From IMG/VR virus record IMGVR_UViG_3300028886_000061, positions 73,635-113,809 of that record: a stretch of DNA of 40,175 nucleotides. One strand, written 5' to 3'. Position 1 is the first letter of the stretch. The number at the start of each line of letters is the position of its first letter. The notes beneath the pieces are model-generated. The model did no database searches. It saw only the letters and a list, made by a program, of their open reading frames with translations, and was not told the origin of the DNA. Of this stretch, positions 28,503 to 37,118 are shown in pieces. The translations under genes and the position numbers were made by a program. The stretch comes from a virus (lineage: Duplodnaviria > Heunggongvirae > Uroviricota > Caudoviricetes).

Positions 28503-29081
28503 TTAACCTTCACCAATCGAATTGTCGTCGGCCCAGTCGGATTTGAACTTCACTTCGATAGTAACCACATCCTGGGTTTCGTAGTTAAGCTCATCTATAC
28601 CGGAGATACCACTAAACATAATCATATCCTTGTAGATAATCTGACGATAGATATCACCACCACGGTTAGCGATAACAACCTTCAACCAATCTGCGACATA
28701 ATCAACCTTGAGGGTGGTCTCACCAGTTGCCTTGTTGTAACAAAGATTATTCCAGGCGCGGAATAAGTTATAAATGAAGTTATCGGTACCATTGCGAAGG
28801 TTGAGAGCAAGCTTAACGGTAAGCTCGTGAGATGTGGTATCGAGTTTGGAGTTAAGGTAAGTACGGGAAGTACCCATAAACTTCTGCTCGCCGGTTTCAG
28901 GACCTTTATCGAGAGATGCCAAACCACCAATGGATTGGACTTGTTCTGTCAACACAGCAACATCACTACCAAATCGAGCCTGAAGAGCTGCTGGGATGGT
29001 AAAATAAACTTCAAATAGGTTTACATATACAGGGTCCATTCTGTTAACACCTGCAGTACTATTCTTAATATGTGGTAACAT
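28503..29081 (-). CDS. gp19: Tail tube protein (T4 gp19-like)
   Basis: 192 aa; PVYVNLFEVYFTIP, FIYNLFRAWN, final EVKFKSDW strand; size and pattern fit myovirus tube proteins. Confidence 0.72.
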   Translation of the reverse strand: MLPHIKNSTAGVNRMDPVYVNLFEVYFTIPAALQARFGSDVAVLTEQVQSIGGLASLDKGPETGEQKFMGTSRTYLNSKLDTTSHELTVKLALNLRNGTDNFIYNLFRAWNNLCYNKATGETTLKVDYVADWLKVVIANRGGDIYRQIIYKDMIMFSGISGIDELNYETQDVVTIEVKFKSDWADDNSIGEG

Positions 29082-29145
29082 AATTGTTTAAATTTTTTCT
29101 TTCTATATTTGTATAATACTAATCGATCGAAAACTTGTAAATAAA

Positions 29146-29598
29146 TTACATATCATCTACTGTAGGAACAGCACAGCCGATACAAGGATTTGCACATATG
29201 GCACCACCATAATATGGTTGTTGAGGAGGGATTGATATGGATTTATCCTCAGAATCCACACGTCCTACAGCAACTGCCGGTTGACCATTATGTAAAATCA
29301 TTGCAGCCTGTAAATGATTACGCGAGAGTAGATCATTAAGGGTTGATGGTAATACTGTATTGGGTGCTGTTGATAGGACACGTGCATACATGATGCCACT
29401 TTGTAGGAACTTTTTACCTATTCGCGAACCCGTAATAATATAGTTACCATCATCCATCAATTGCATATGGGTATCGGTCAGGGTACCCCACCACATATTA
29501 TACCACTTGGTGAGAGTATCCGTGTATTCTTTTTTGATACCTGTATTGATAGTGCAGATATTTGCATTATCCTGCATTAAGTCTGCAAATGTTTTCAT
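29146..29598 (-). CDS. Hypothetical protein (150 aa)
   Basis: ORF track. Confidence 0.65.
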   Translation of the reverse strand: MKTFADLMQDNANICTINTGIKKEYTDTLTKWYNMWWGTLTDTHMQLMDDGNYIITGSRIGKKFLQSGIMYARVLSTAPNTVLPSTLNDLLSRNHLQAAMILHNGQPAVAVGRVDSEDKSISIPPQQPYYGGAICANPCIGCAVPTVDDM

Positions 29599-29622
29599 GT
29601 TAACTACTTATATTTCTTTTGA

Positions 29623-29994
29623 TTAAGCACCAAAGGATTTATTCAACATACCAACGAGCTCGGCCCAATCACCCTTATCAACAAGTTCCTTGTTATCCTT
29701 GATAAGGCCATCGATGGTCTTGTTCATCTTATCCTTGTCGAGCTTGTCACCGAAAACAACCTTGAACTTGTTTTCAGCATAATCGCGGAAGGTCTTTTCG
29801 TCCTTAATGGATTCCTTTGCGGCTTCCTTCTCTTCCTCTTCGGTCTCATGACCCCAGATTTTCTTACAGCGCTCGCACTCTTCTTCCTCGTTTTCGAGTT
29901 TGCAAGTACCGCAACCTTTATTTTCGGTTAATGGAGTATTTTCCATTTCAAGGGATTCCTTTACGTAATCAGTAAGAGATTTCATATTCTTCAT
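29623..29994 (-). CDS. Small acidic protein (123 aa), possible internal head protein
   Basis: MKSLTDYVKESLE N-terminus resembles T4 capsid-targeting sequences; E/K-rich. Confidence 0.65.
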   Translation of the reverse strand: MKNMKSLTDYVKESLEMENTPLTENKGCGTCKLENEEEECERCKKIWGHETEEEEKEAAKESIKDEKTFRDYAENKFKVVFGDKLDKDKMNKTIDGLIKDNKELVDKGDWAELVGMLNKSFGA

Positions 29995-30324
29995 TTATTT
30001 ATTTTCATCTTTATAAATAATAACAGGCTTCGACTGTGATTGTTTAAGGGCATCCCGAAGGTGATCGTTTTCCTGCTGGAGATCCTGGGTTGCCTTGGTG
30101 CATGTTTGTAAATTACCACGCAATATCAAAATAGAATCCTGCAATTGTTTATTCGATATATTCAAAGAATCCACATGTTCTATATGGTTTTTTTCCGAGA
30201 ATGCTGCATTCTGGGTACGGGAACATTTGGAACAAGTCTGTAGGAATAAAAGACATGCCAGTACTATAGTAGCCCATTTCCAGGACTTTGTTGGATTCTC
30301 TGTTATCAATTCTTTAATGTTCAT
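29995..30324 (-). CDS. Membrane-anchored coiled-coil protein (109 aa), possible lipoprotein/spanin-like
   Basis: Hydrophobic WATIVLACLLFLQTC followed by a predicted coiled coil. Confidence 0.55.
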   Translation of the reverse strand: MNIKELITENPTKSWKWATIVLACLLFLQTCSKCSRTQNAAFSEKNHIEHVDSLNISNKQLQDSILILRGNLQTCTKATQDLQQENDHLRDALKQSQSKPVIIYKDENK

Positions 30325-30326
30325 AT

Positions 30327-31769
30327 CTAATCTAAAATAGCGTTATGGGTTTTGAAGTTTTCGGATAACTCGGTCATCATGGTAATTAGATCGACATCAC
30401 TTTTACGACGGATGCACTCTGTAGGATATACGGATTCGAGGAAATTGACAATATTCAAACGATTGCCATCATAGTGCTCATCGATATAATCCATACCCTG
30501 CTCGAGGCAGTTAATAATGAACTCGCGAGCTGGTGTTTCAAGATTCTCCAACGCACAACCCATAGCGTTATTAAACACCCTTTTATCACACCACTGGGTG
30601 GATTCCTTAAGCATAATAAGTATATCGTCTGATATCATTGCATCCATAATGGTATCCACAGGATACATACTGATAAGAGCTTCCGTATATAAAGAAAGAA
30701 GATCAACCAGAATTTCTCGGGATTCCTTATCATTCTTGAGGAAATTCATAACAGCTTTTACATTCATAGCAACTGCTGCACCGGTAACCCCCATCTCCTT
30801 GGCGATCTCAACACCACGCATTTGTTTGTAATTATTCAATCCGAAGAACTTGTAAAAGCAGGTGGCCACCCTGGTTGAGAATTTGGAATCAATCTTTTTA
30901 TATATCTTATCCCACTTACGGCCAGCATTGCGATCATTGAAGGCATCATTATCATTGGAGAATGCCAACATACGGTCGACAAGGGTGTCTCCCTCATCGT
31001 CCAAAGTTTGATCTACAGAAACCACATTGAAATTACCTTTGGTATTCCCTTCTTTTTTATTCTTTTCATATTGGTATTGACTAATTCGAACTGTTCTCGA
31101 AAGGTCATTGATATCATTGAGGATTTGCTGACGGATACGCCAACTGGCATACTGTTTAAATGAAAGAGCTTTCGCCTTCTTGGTGGCTTCCTTATCTGTA
31201 TTACCCTGTTCGATATCCACGTATTCGTCCGGTTTATGATAGTCATTCATTGCCTTGGTAAGACCCAAATAGCCAGCACTTACAAGACCATTCCAGTCGA
31301 GACCGGAGTTTTTATACTTACTGGCGATAGCGGTTACCAGTTGACTATATTGACGAGCAACTTTATCGCGGCCGCGTTCGGTTTCAAGATCCATTGTGAT
31401 ATCATCTATGGATTTCTTACCGGTAATTACAGCCTGAACATCCGGTTCGGGTAAATAATATGGAAGGCCACGTAATTCGGATTTTGAAAGTTTCTTTGCC
31501 CACTTATTAATCTCGGCATACATCTCTTCCGTACCACCAAAGTTAGCAGCCATCCAGGCAAAATCCCTTGGTGCACCATTGATAACCTTTTCATCAATTG
31601 TTTTACCTATACACAAACCAAGGGTTTTGCAATTTTGAAGAATCAAAAGATACTCTTTGGGTAGAGTTTTGCTTTTTTTGACAACATCGATAAATTTCCC
31701 GAGCTCCTCAAGGGAAATATCAGTCAGCTCATTGCGGGAACTCTCCACTATTTCAGTAAATAACTTCAT
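30327..31769 (-). CDS. RNA polymerase sigma70-family factor with N- and C-terminal extensions (480 aa)
   Basis: Region 2: QYSQLVTAIASKY...LVSAGYLGLTKAMNDY...SFKQYASWRIRQQILNDINDLSRTVRI; region 4 HTH: FFGL...MRGVEIAKEMGVT. Confidence 0.88.
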   Translation of the reverse strand: MKLFTEIVESSRNELTDISLEELGKFIDVVKKSKTLPKEYLLILQNCKTLGLCIGKTIDEKVINGAPRDFAWMAANFGGTEEMYAEINKWAKKLSKSELRGLPYYLPEPDVQAVITGKKSIDDITMDLETERGRDKVARQYSQLVTAIASKYKNSGLDWNGLVSAGYLGLTKAMNDYHKPDEYVDIEQGNTDKEATKKAKALSFKQYASWRIRQQILNDINDLSRTVRISQYQYEKNKKEGNTKGNFNVVSVDQTLDDEGDTLVDRMLAFSNDNDAFNDRNAGRKWDKIYKKIDSKFSTRVATCFYKFFGLNNYKQMRGVEIAKEMGVTGAAVAMNVKAVMNFLKNDKESREILVDLLSLYTEALISMYPVDTIMDAMISDDILIMLKESTQWCDKRVFNNAMGCALENLETPAREFIINCLEQGMDYIDEHYDGNRLNIVNFLESVYPTECIRRKSDVDLITMMTELSENFKTHNAILD

Positions 31770-31947
31770 TGTTATTTGGATTTTTTCTTTATTATTTCAA
31801 AACTTGTTAAAAACAGTCTTCTATAGTATAAATTATAACATTTAAAACGGAAATTATTAAGAGTTTTTTGCAATTAACCTTAAAAAGATGATATATTTAC
31901 ATATTTTCATTTAGAATATCATTGATATTTCAAATAAACATCATCCT

Positions 31948-32388
31948 ATGATTGGTACAATCATTAATTATATAAAAGTCCAACGGGTACTTAATAAGAT
32001 ATTTACACACGAGAAAATCGAAAAAAACCTAACCCAAACATTTGGGGTTGAATGTAAGAGGGACTGGGTTGGCCGTCTTTATATGGTTATCAATCCAATA
32101 CTCCAGAATATTCAGGCTGATGGAAATGAGATGATCTTCGATAAGGATAACAATGCACAAATCGAGGCATGGGTTATGAAGAATCTCGAATTGATCCGCC
32201 ATTTCGTTGTCAATAATTCAATGTTTGATATCCTTTCCTATTCCATTGAGCGATTGGATGATGATGAAAACTACCTGGTTGTATTTAAAAACATCTACTT
32301 TGATGATGTAAAACGTATCGTTAAGTGGACATTCGGTATTATCATCACAGCTCTTATTGGATGGGGTATATATGCAATCGTGAAATAA
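31948..32388 (+). CDS. Hypothetical protein with C-terminal TM helix (146 aa)
   Basis: ORF track; WTFGIIITALIGWGIYAIV. Confidence 0.7.
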   Translation: MIGTIINYIKVQRVLNKIFTHEKIEKNLTQTFGVECKRDWVGRLYMVINPILQNIQADGNEMIFDKDNNAQIEAWVMKNLELIRHFVVNNSMFDILSYSIERLDDDENYLVVFKNIYFDDVKRIVKWTFGIIITALIGWGIYAIVK

Positions 32389-32413
32389 AACTCTAAAAAA
32401 AATATAAAACAAC

Positions 32414-33043
32414 ATGTTGGAATTTATTAACAGAGAAGACTTTAATGAAAAATCACTTGAGGATATCCGTAAGGAGTTCCAGGGTATAGTGGATGATTAT
32501 GAGAATGACATTAAGGATATGTCGCTCGAGCAGCTCCGCGAGGAGGAAAAACGACTCATCGATATTATGGAGAAGTGGGATGAACAGGTTAATGGAATCT
32601 CCTACGATCTTCCCAAATCGTTCACATTCGATGGTTCCAGCCGCGAGGTTACCCGCAAGACCATTGGTGGTTTCATCTGCGAATTACTTGAGAAGGTTGA
32701 ATGTGAGTTCTCCTACACCCTCGGCTACTACGAACTGTGGAAACTTTGGAAGAATCCTCCATCGACCATCAATTATCGCCAATTGAACTCCACTCTCCAG
32801 GTCCTTGGTAGTGGTATGAAGTTCCGTGGTCCTCACCAGTGGGAGTTGATCCTCTCGATCAACGAGTACTTCAAACCCCTCCACAACACCTACCAGAAGG
32901 ATAACTTCATCACAATCCTCTATGGTACCTGCCATAGTAAGTTGATCGATCTCCTCGAAATGAATGACCCCGAGAAGGCCAATAAGCACCACGAGGTCGA
33001 AGCCGAGCAAAGCGAGGTTCTTGTGGAAGACCCGGTTCAGTAA
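32414..33043 (+). CDS. Hypothetical protein (209 aa)
   Basis: ORF track; biased codon usage; followed by a terminator. Confidence 0.75.
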   Translation: MLEFINREDFNEKSLEDIRKEFQGIVDDYENDIKDMSLEQLREEEKRLIDIMEKWDEQVNGISYDLPKSFTFDGSSREVTRKTIGGFICELLEKVECEFSYTLGYYELWKLWKNPPSTINYRQLNSTLQVLGSGMKFRGPHQWELILSINEYFKPLHNTYQKDNFITILYGTCHSKLIDLLEMNDPEKANKHHEVEAEQSEVLVEDPVQ

Positions 33044-33064
33044 TCAGAAACCTAAAAAATCTAT

Positions 33065-33094
33065 AAAAAGCCCACCAATTGGTGGGTTTTTTTT
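33065..33094 (+). terminator. Intrinsic terminator abutting promoter copy 4
   Basis: AAAAAGCCCACC-AATT-GGTGGGTTTTTTTT. Confidence 0.85.
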
Positions 33095-33129
33095 GTTAAG
33101 ATATGGTAAGGACCAGTTATATATATTTG
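33093..33129 (+). promoter_or_regulatory. Conserved phage promoter motif, copy 4
   Basis: TTGTTAAG-N12-CCAGTTATATATATTTG, upstream of ATG 33156. Confidence 0.75.
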
Positions 33130-33155
33130 TAAGAAACATTAAAAAAGAAAGAACA

Positions 33156-33464
33156 ATGAAAAAAACGTTAGTAATTCTTGCAGTAATCGCATTGGTTTTC
33201 GCTGTAATTATTTTAGCACCACCATTGAATGTTGACGTCCACGTACTATGTGACTCAGATATGGGGTTCTTTATCAAGAAAACTACAAGTACTCTATTCG
33301 ATGGGTCGTGGTATCATTGGTCCTCTGATGTCCGTAATGTGTATATCAATTTAGGGAATTGGGGATTCTTGATCACCACAGGTATACTTATTATCGGACT
33401 TATATTTTATCTCTGCATAACCAAGCTTGATAAAGATCCAGTCGATAATAAGAAATCCGAATAG
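33156..33464 (+). CDS. Small membrane protein (102 aa from ATG 33156), N-terminal signal/TM plus C-terminal TM
   Basis: MKKTLVILAVIALVFAVIILAPP...GFLITTGILIIGLIFYLCI. The track start at 32964 reads through the terminator and promoter and is unlikely. Confidence 0.7.
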   Translation: MKKTLVILAVIALVFAVIILAPPLNVDVHVLCDSDMGFFIKKTTSTLFDGSWYHWSSDVRNVYINLGNWGFLITTGILIIGLIFYLCITKLDKDPVDNKKSE

Positions 33465-33483
33465 TAAAAATCTCCTCCCTAAT

Positions 33484-33534
33484 AAACGATCTCACCGTCC
33501 CCTGAATAACTATATAGGGACGGTGAGATCGTTT
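33484..33534. repeat. Dispersed palindrome family, copy 3 (18-bp stem, loop inverted relative to copies 1 and 2)
   Basis: AAACGATCTCACCGTCCC-CTGAATAACTATATA-GGGACGGTGAGATCGTTT. Confidence 0.85.
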
Positions 33535-33566
33535 GTTATATCGCAAATTTTCCGGCAAAAAACCGA

Positions 33567-34187
33567 TTAATCATCCACAACTCTTATGTAGACATTTTCT
33601 TGATTCTCGATATACGGGTTTTCCTCGTTAATGATCACTCGGGTAACTGTATGTTTCTTCTGGAACCATCGACATAGGAAGAACCAATGGGGTGGTTCTA
33701 TAGTTTCTCGTTTGGCGGTCACATACACTTCCTTCTTTGATACCATTGTTGCATCCACACAGATATCACCAGGATATCGCATATCCAAACAGGTGGTCCT
33801 CCATTGATCTTTGAAACAGGTATCCATCCAGAAATTCGGTTCCTTGAATATGGTATCGTGCAACCTTAACGTATCATACACGTGGAACTGGGAAGCCATC
33901 GAGATCATCGTTTGGAGTTCCTTGTTCTTTATATTAAGTTTCTCCTGCTGTTTGAGTAGATTCTGAATGGTGGAATCGTTGGTATGACGGAGGACATCCA
34001 GCGAGAGTTGCAAGGCGATAATCTCACTATCCTTATCATTTAACAAGGCTTTCGTGTTAGCAGATTCTACCTCATATTCGTGACGAAGATTCCGGTTGGT
34101 GTTACATTGAACCACGCAGGTAATTGTAAGACCTAATATGATAGCCAATATAATCCACTTAAAGTATTGTTTTATCTTCTGTAACAT
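33567..34187 (-). CDS. DUF6549-like membrane-anchored protein (Bacteroidota phages; possibly spanin-like)
   Basis: N-terminal TM, coiled coil, DTLRLHDT, FFLCRWFQKK...EENPYIE...YI ending. Confidence 0.55.
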   Translation of the reverse strand: MLQKIKQYFKWIILAIILGLTITCVVQCNTNRNLRHEYEVESANTKALLNDKDSEIIALQLSLDVLRHTNDSTIQNLLKQQEKLNIKNKELQTMISMASQFHVYDTLRLHDTIFKEPNFWMDTCFKDQWRTTCLDMRYPGDICVDATMVSKKEVYVTAKRETIEPPHWFFLCRWFQKKHTVTRVIINEENPYIENQENVYIRVVDD

Positions 34188-34197
34188 AACACGTCAT

Positions 34198-35409
34198 TTA
34201 TTTATATAGTTTATTCAATACCTCCCGGAGTCCATCATACGGTTCTTTAGCCCGAAGAATCATGCGCATTAGTATAGGTTTTAGTGTTTCCTTATCCCTT
34301 TCAAGTAGGTCATACTGATCTGTGACATCCATAATTGAGCCATACATCATCCCTGTATCATCCTTATCGAGATATCCCATAGCTACTGCTAATGCATCGC
34401 AAGGATTGAAGTAATCGTAATTATCGTGGAAATATGAGGTTGGTTTCTCAGGTGATTCAACTTCATCATCACTCATAGTCATCTCAACAACTTGTTCAAA
34501 GATATCCTTTGACATCTTTATCATATGGCAGTTGCTATCCCCGACGGAGAATGTAAGGAGCACATCATTATCATAATTGCAAAGACCGCATGCAAATTCG
34601 ATACCATCGGTGAGGAAATTGAATAATTGCCCCACGGATACAGGTTTGAGTTCATTATTAAATTTGACGAAATAATGATTATATCTCACCGTGCGATATC
34701 CAGCTTCTTTATAATCAATACGAATATGTCCTAAACATACATATCCATCCTTATAACGGATAAGTGGAGTTGACCCGGAATATTTTCCACTCCATACCGG
34801 CAGATCTATATGGTTATGATTTTCAGTATCGAGTTCATCAGGATTTAATGTAATGGTAATTCCTTCAGCTATATCATACATAAATGTAAATGGTTTGCCC
34901 TCGATAGGAAGCCACCCTTTTTCAATGTTTGAATTAGTCTCGAGAATCCAACTACGATTTATTTTGAAATCATCAGTGAATTCAATCAATTGCTGAACGA
35001 CTTTATCCTTAATAAGATCAGGTCGTGCACCAATACCATACACCGTATCATTCCAAGTTACTATACGCATATCCTCAAGTCCAGCATACATATTCCAGAA
35101 TTTATACTGGCCTAATGGTGGTTCTATAAAATGACCTCCTTCAAATCCATACTTCCATATGCCCATCTCATTATATGAATAGACAATCTTATTAGGATCT
35201 CCGGTATTAAATATTCGTTGAATAGGGATATTCTCATCTATCCACGGGGTCCATAAATAATTTGAAAGCCTCGTGTTTAGAACGATATTACCATTCAGTG
35301 CGGTTACAGATGCATTGGTGGAAAAGAATACAGAATCCCTCGTTATAGGACTGGAAATGGGAGAGACTTTCCCTCCCATTCCTTTAATTATTTCAGCCAA
35401 ATATTTCAT
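34198..35409 (-). CDS. Glycosidase-like five-bladed beta-propeller (GH130/GH43-like fold), paralog B
   Basis: GLEDMRI, EKGWLP, SGSTPL, YNHYFVKF, IEFACGL motifs. Confidence 0.65.
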   Translation of the reverse strand: MKYLAEIIKGMGGKVSPISSPITRDSVFFSTNASVTALNGNIVLNTRLSNYLWTPWIDENIPIQRIFNTGDPNKIVYSYNEMGIWKYGFEGGHFIEPPLGQYKFWNMYAGLEDMRIVTWNDTVYGIGARPDLIKDKVVQQLIEFTDDFKINRSWILETNSNIEKGWLPIEGKPFTFMYDIAEGITITLNPDELDTENHNHIDLPVWSGKYSGSTPLIRYKDGYVCLGHIRIDYKEAGYRTVRYNHYFVKFNNELKPVSVGQLFNFLTDGIEFACGLCNYDNDVLLTFSVGDSNCHMIKMSKDIFEQVVEMTMSDDEVESPEKPTSYFHDNYDYFNPCDALAVAMGYLDKDDTGMMYGSIMDVTDQYDLLERDKETLKPILMRMILRAKEPYDGLREVLNKLYK

Positions 35410-37013
35410 TATAAAACCCTTCTATTTTGATTATGTTCGATATTATGTTCATCATACCACTTAACTGCCTGTGGGTAATCCGATGTTTGCATTATACAAT
35501 TGTAATACATTCTATCGAAATCTTCTCGGCTGTAATACATTAATTGATTATGATCACCATCTCTTTGAAGAATCTCATATCCCTTCTGTGCAAAGAATCG
35601 AGCCTCAATGAACTTATCCCTGCAATAGTAGAACATTGCTGCTGCAAGATAGGCTTCGGGACGATTTGGATCATGCTCGATGGCTTGGATCCACATACCA
35701 ATCTCATGTGCATCCCTATGTCCAAGATTTGCAATACTACGAGCTGCAAAGAAACGTTCACCGTATGTATAGTTAAACTTTTCAGCTGCCTTCATAAAGA
35801 CACAATATGCAGCGGCAAATAAACCTTCATTGAAATACATATGTCCGGTATTCCAAAGTTCCTGCTGGGTGGCATTGGGATCGAATAATGCATTTATTTC
35901 ATCGGTCATAGCCATCATACGAGGATGTGATGTAGTTGCGGAAAGTGCAACAGTTTCATCATTATCAATGAATTTATCAATGATATTTTCATCCACCTCC
36001 ATAAGGAATGGGAAGTTATCCTGGATAGCGAATGGAATATAGAATTTACCATCTTTATAAGCCATACCACATGTGAACTCCACATTGAAATCCGCGAATG
36101 AGAATAGTGGTGACATACGGGTGATATTCCAATCATCATCCCATTCAACAAATACATGACAATAACGGGCAAATTTACGGTCGTTTGCAGTAAACCATAA
36201 TTCACAAGTATGTACCAATGTAATCCAATGATCTCTCCAACGAACAACCTGCGATGAACCACGAAGGAGATCAAAGTTCTCATCAATGAATCCGGTACGT
36301 TGTTCTTTACGTACCACCTCCTGTGTTGCACCAGTGCGTGGATCCGTCTTTACAACAACAGTTGGATTAGATAATTGCACATAATGGAATGGAAGATCCA
36401 TAATGGGCATCCAGTTCTTTTCACAATATGTATTATCATCACCCAATCCTTTAACCTTCAAGCGGCTGATCTCCTGTGGATGTTCCATATTCTCGGAGAT
36501 TCTCATCAGTTCCATTCTACCGCGGCCATCAGTATTATCATCACGACGTACACCGGTGGTATATAGTTTTTCATCCCAACGAATTAATCTGGCATCCTCT
36601 TCTCCCCAAAATTCCCAACGAGGATTATAAGGGGTTGTATGAATCATATTAAATGTCCATTCATCAGTCATTGGGTTGGTGGTTTCACCAATGAAGTTTC
36701 GTGTTTTAAGGTTTCGTCCATCTTCTGTTGGTACACTATATAATACCGGACCCCAATTGCTCAATGCCTTATGACTATCCTGGGCACCGTGCATCACATA
36801 ATTAACGTTACGTACAATAAACTTGAACTTTTCGGTTTTTTTATCGTACATAATCGAAGGATTACAACTACCCGGCCACATTGGATCATTTAAATGAAGA
36901 TCCATCTTACGGATGCGGGCACCACCTAAAAGACAATAATTGACGAAATGTTTTACTTGAGGTTCTTGTAAATATACATATCCATCATTGGGGTTGGGAT
37001 TCTGTCCTTCCAT
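35409..37013 (-). CDS. Glycosidase-like beta-propeller with C-terminal TPR-like helices, paralog A
   Basis: GEEDARL, EKNWMP, RGSSQV, YCHVFVEW, VEFTCGM; C-terminal AIEHDPNRPEAYLAAAMFYY TPR-like region. Confidence 0.7.
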   Translation of the reverse strand: MEGQNPNPNDGYVYLQEPQVKHFVNYCLLGGARIRKMDLHLNDPMWPGSCNPSIMYDKKTEKFKFIVRNVNYVMHGAQDSHKALSNWGPVLYSVPTEDGRNLKTRNFIGETTNPMTDEWTFNMIHTTPYNPRWEFWGEEDARLIRWDEKLYTTGVRRDDNTDGRGRMELMRISENMEHPQEISRLKVKGLGDDNTYCEKNWMPIMDLPFHYVQLSNPTVVVKTDPRTGATQEVVRKEQRTGFIDENFDLLRGSSQVVRWRDHWITLVHTCELWFTANDRKFARYCHVFVEWDDDWNITRMSPLFSFADFNVEFTCGMAYKDGKFYIPFAIQDNFPFLMEVDENIIDKFIDNDETVALSATTSHPRMMAMTDEINALFDPNATQQELWNTGHMYFNEGLFAAAYCVFMKAAEKFNYTYGERFFAARSIANLGHRDAHEIGMWIQAIEHDPNRPEAYLAAAMFYYCRDKFIEARFFAQKGYEILQRDGDHNQLMYYSREDFDRMYYNCIMQTSDYPQAVKWYDEHNIEHNQNRRVL

Positions 37014-37074
37014 ATCTATTAAATTGATTTTTTCTAAAATAACGACATAGAAGTGTTTCTTAAGGTACTGGTAT

Positions 37075-37103
37075 AAAAAAAGCCCCCATTTAGGAGGCTT
37101 TTT
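37075..37103 (-). terminator. Intrinsic terminator after the collagen-like gene
   Basis: Minus strand AAAAAGCCTCC-TAAAT-GGGGGCTTTTTTT. Confidence 0.75.
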
Positions 37104-37118
37104 CTGTTTTTGTTGGGT

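Noticed and set aside
29090-29120. T4-type late promoter TATAAATA or a fifth copy of the 37-bp promoter
   Set aside because: TATATTTG occurs at 29104 but without the GTTAAG element or a downstream plus-strand gene. AT-rich leaders of late genes gave no consensus I could support.
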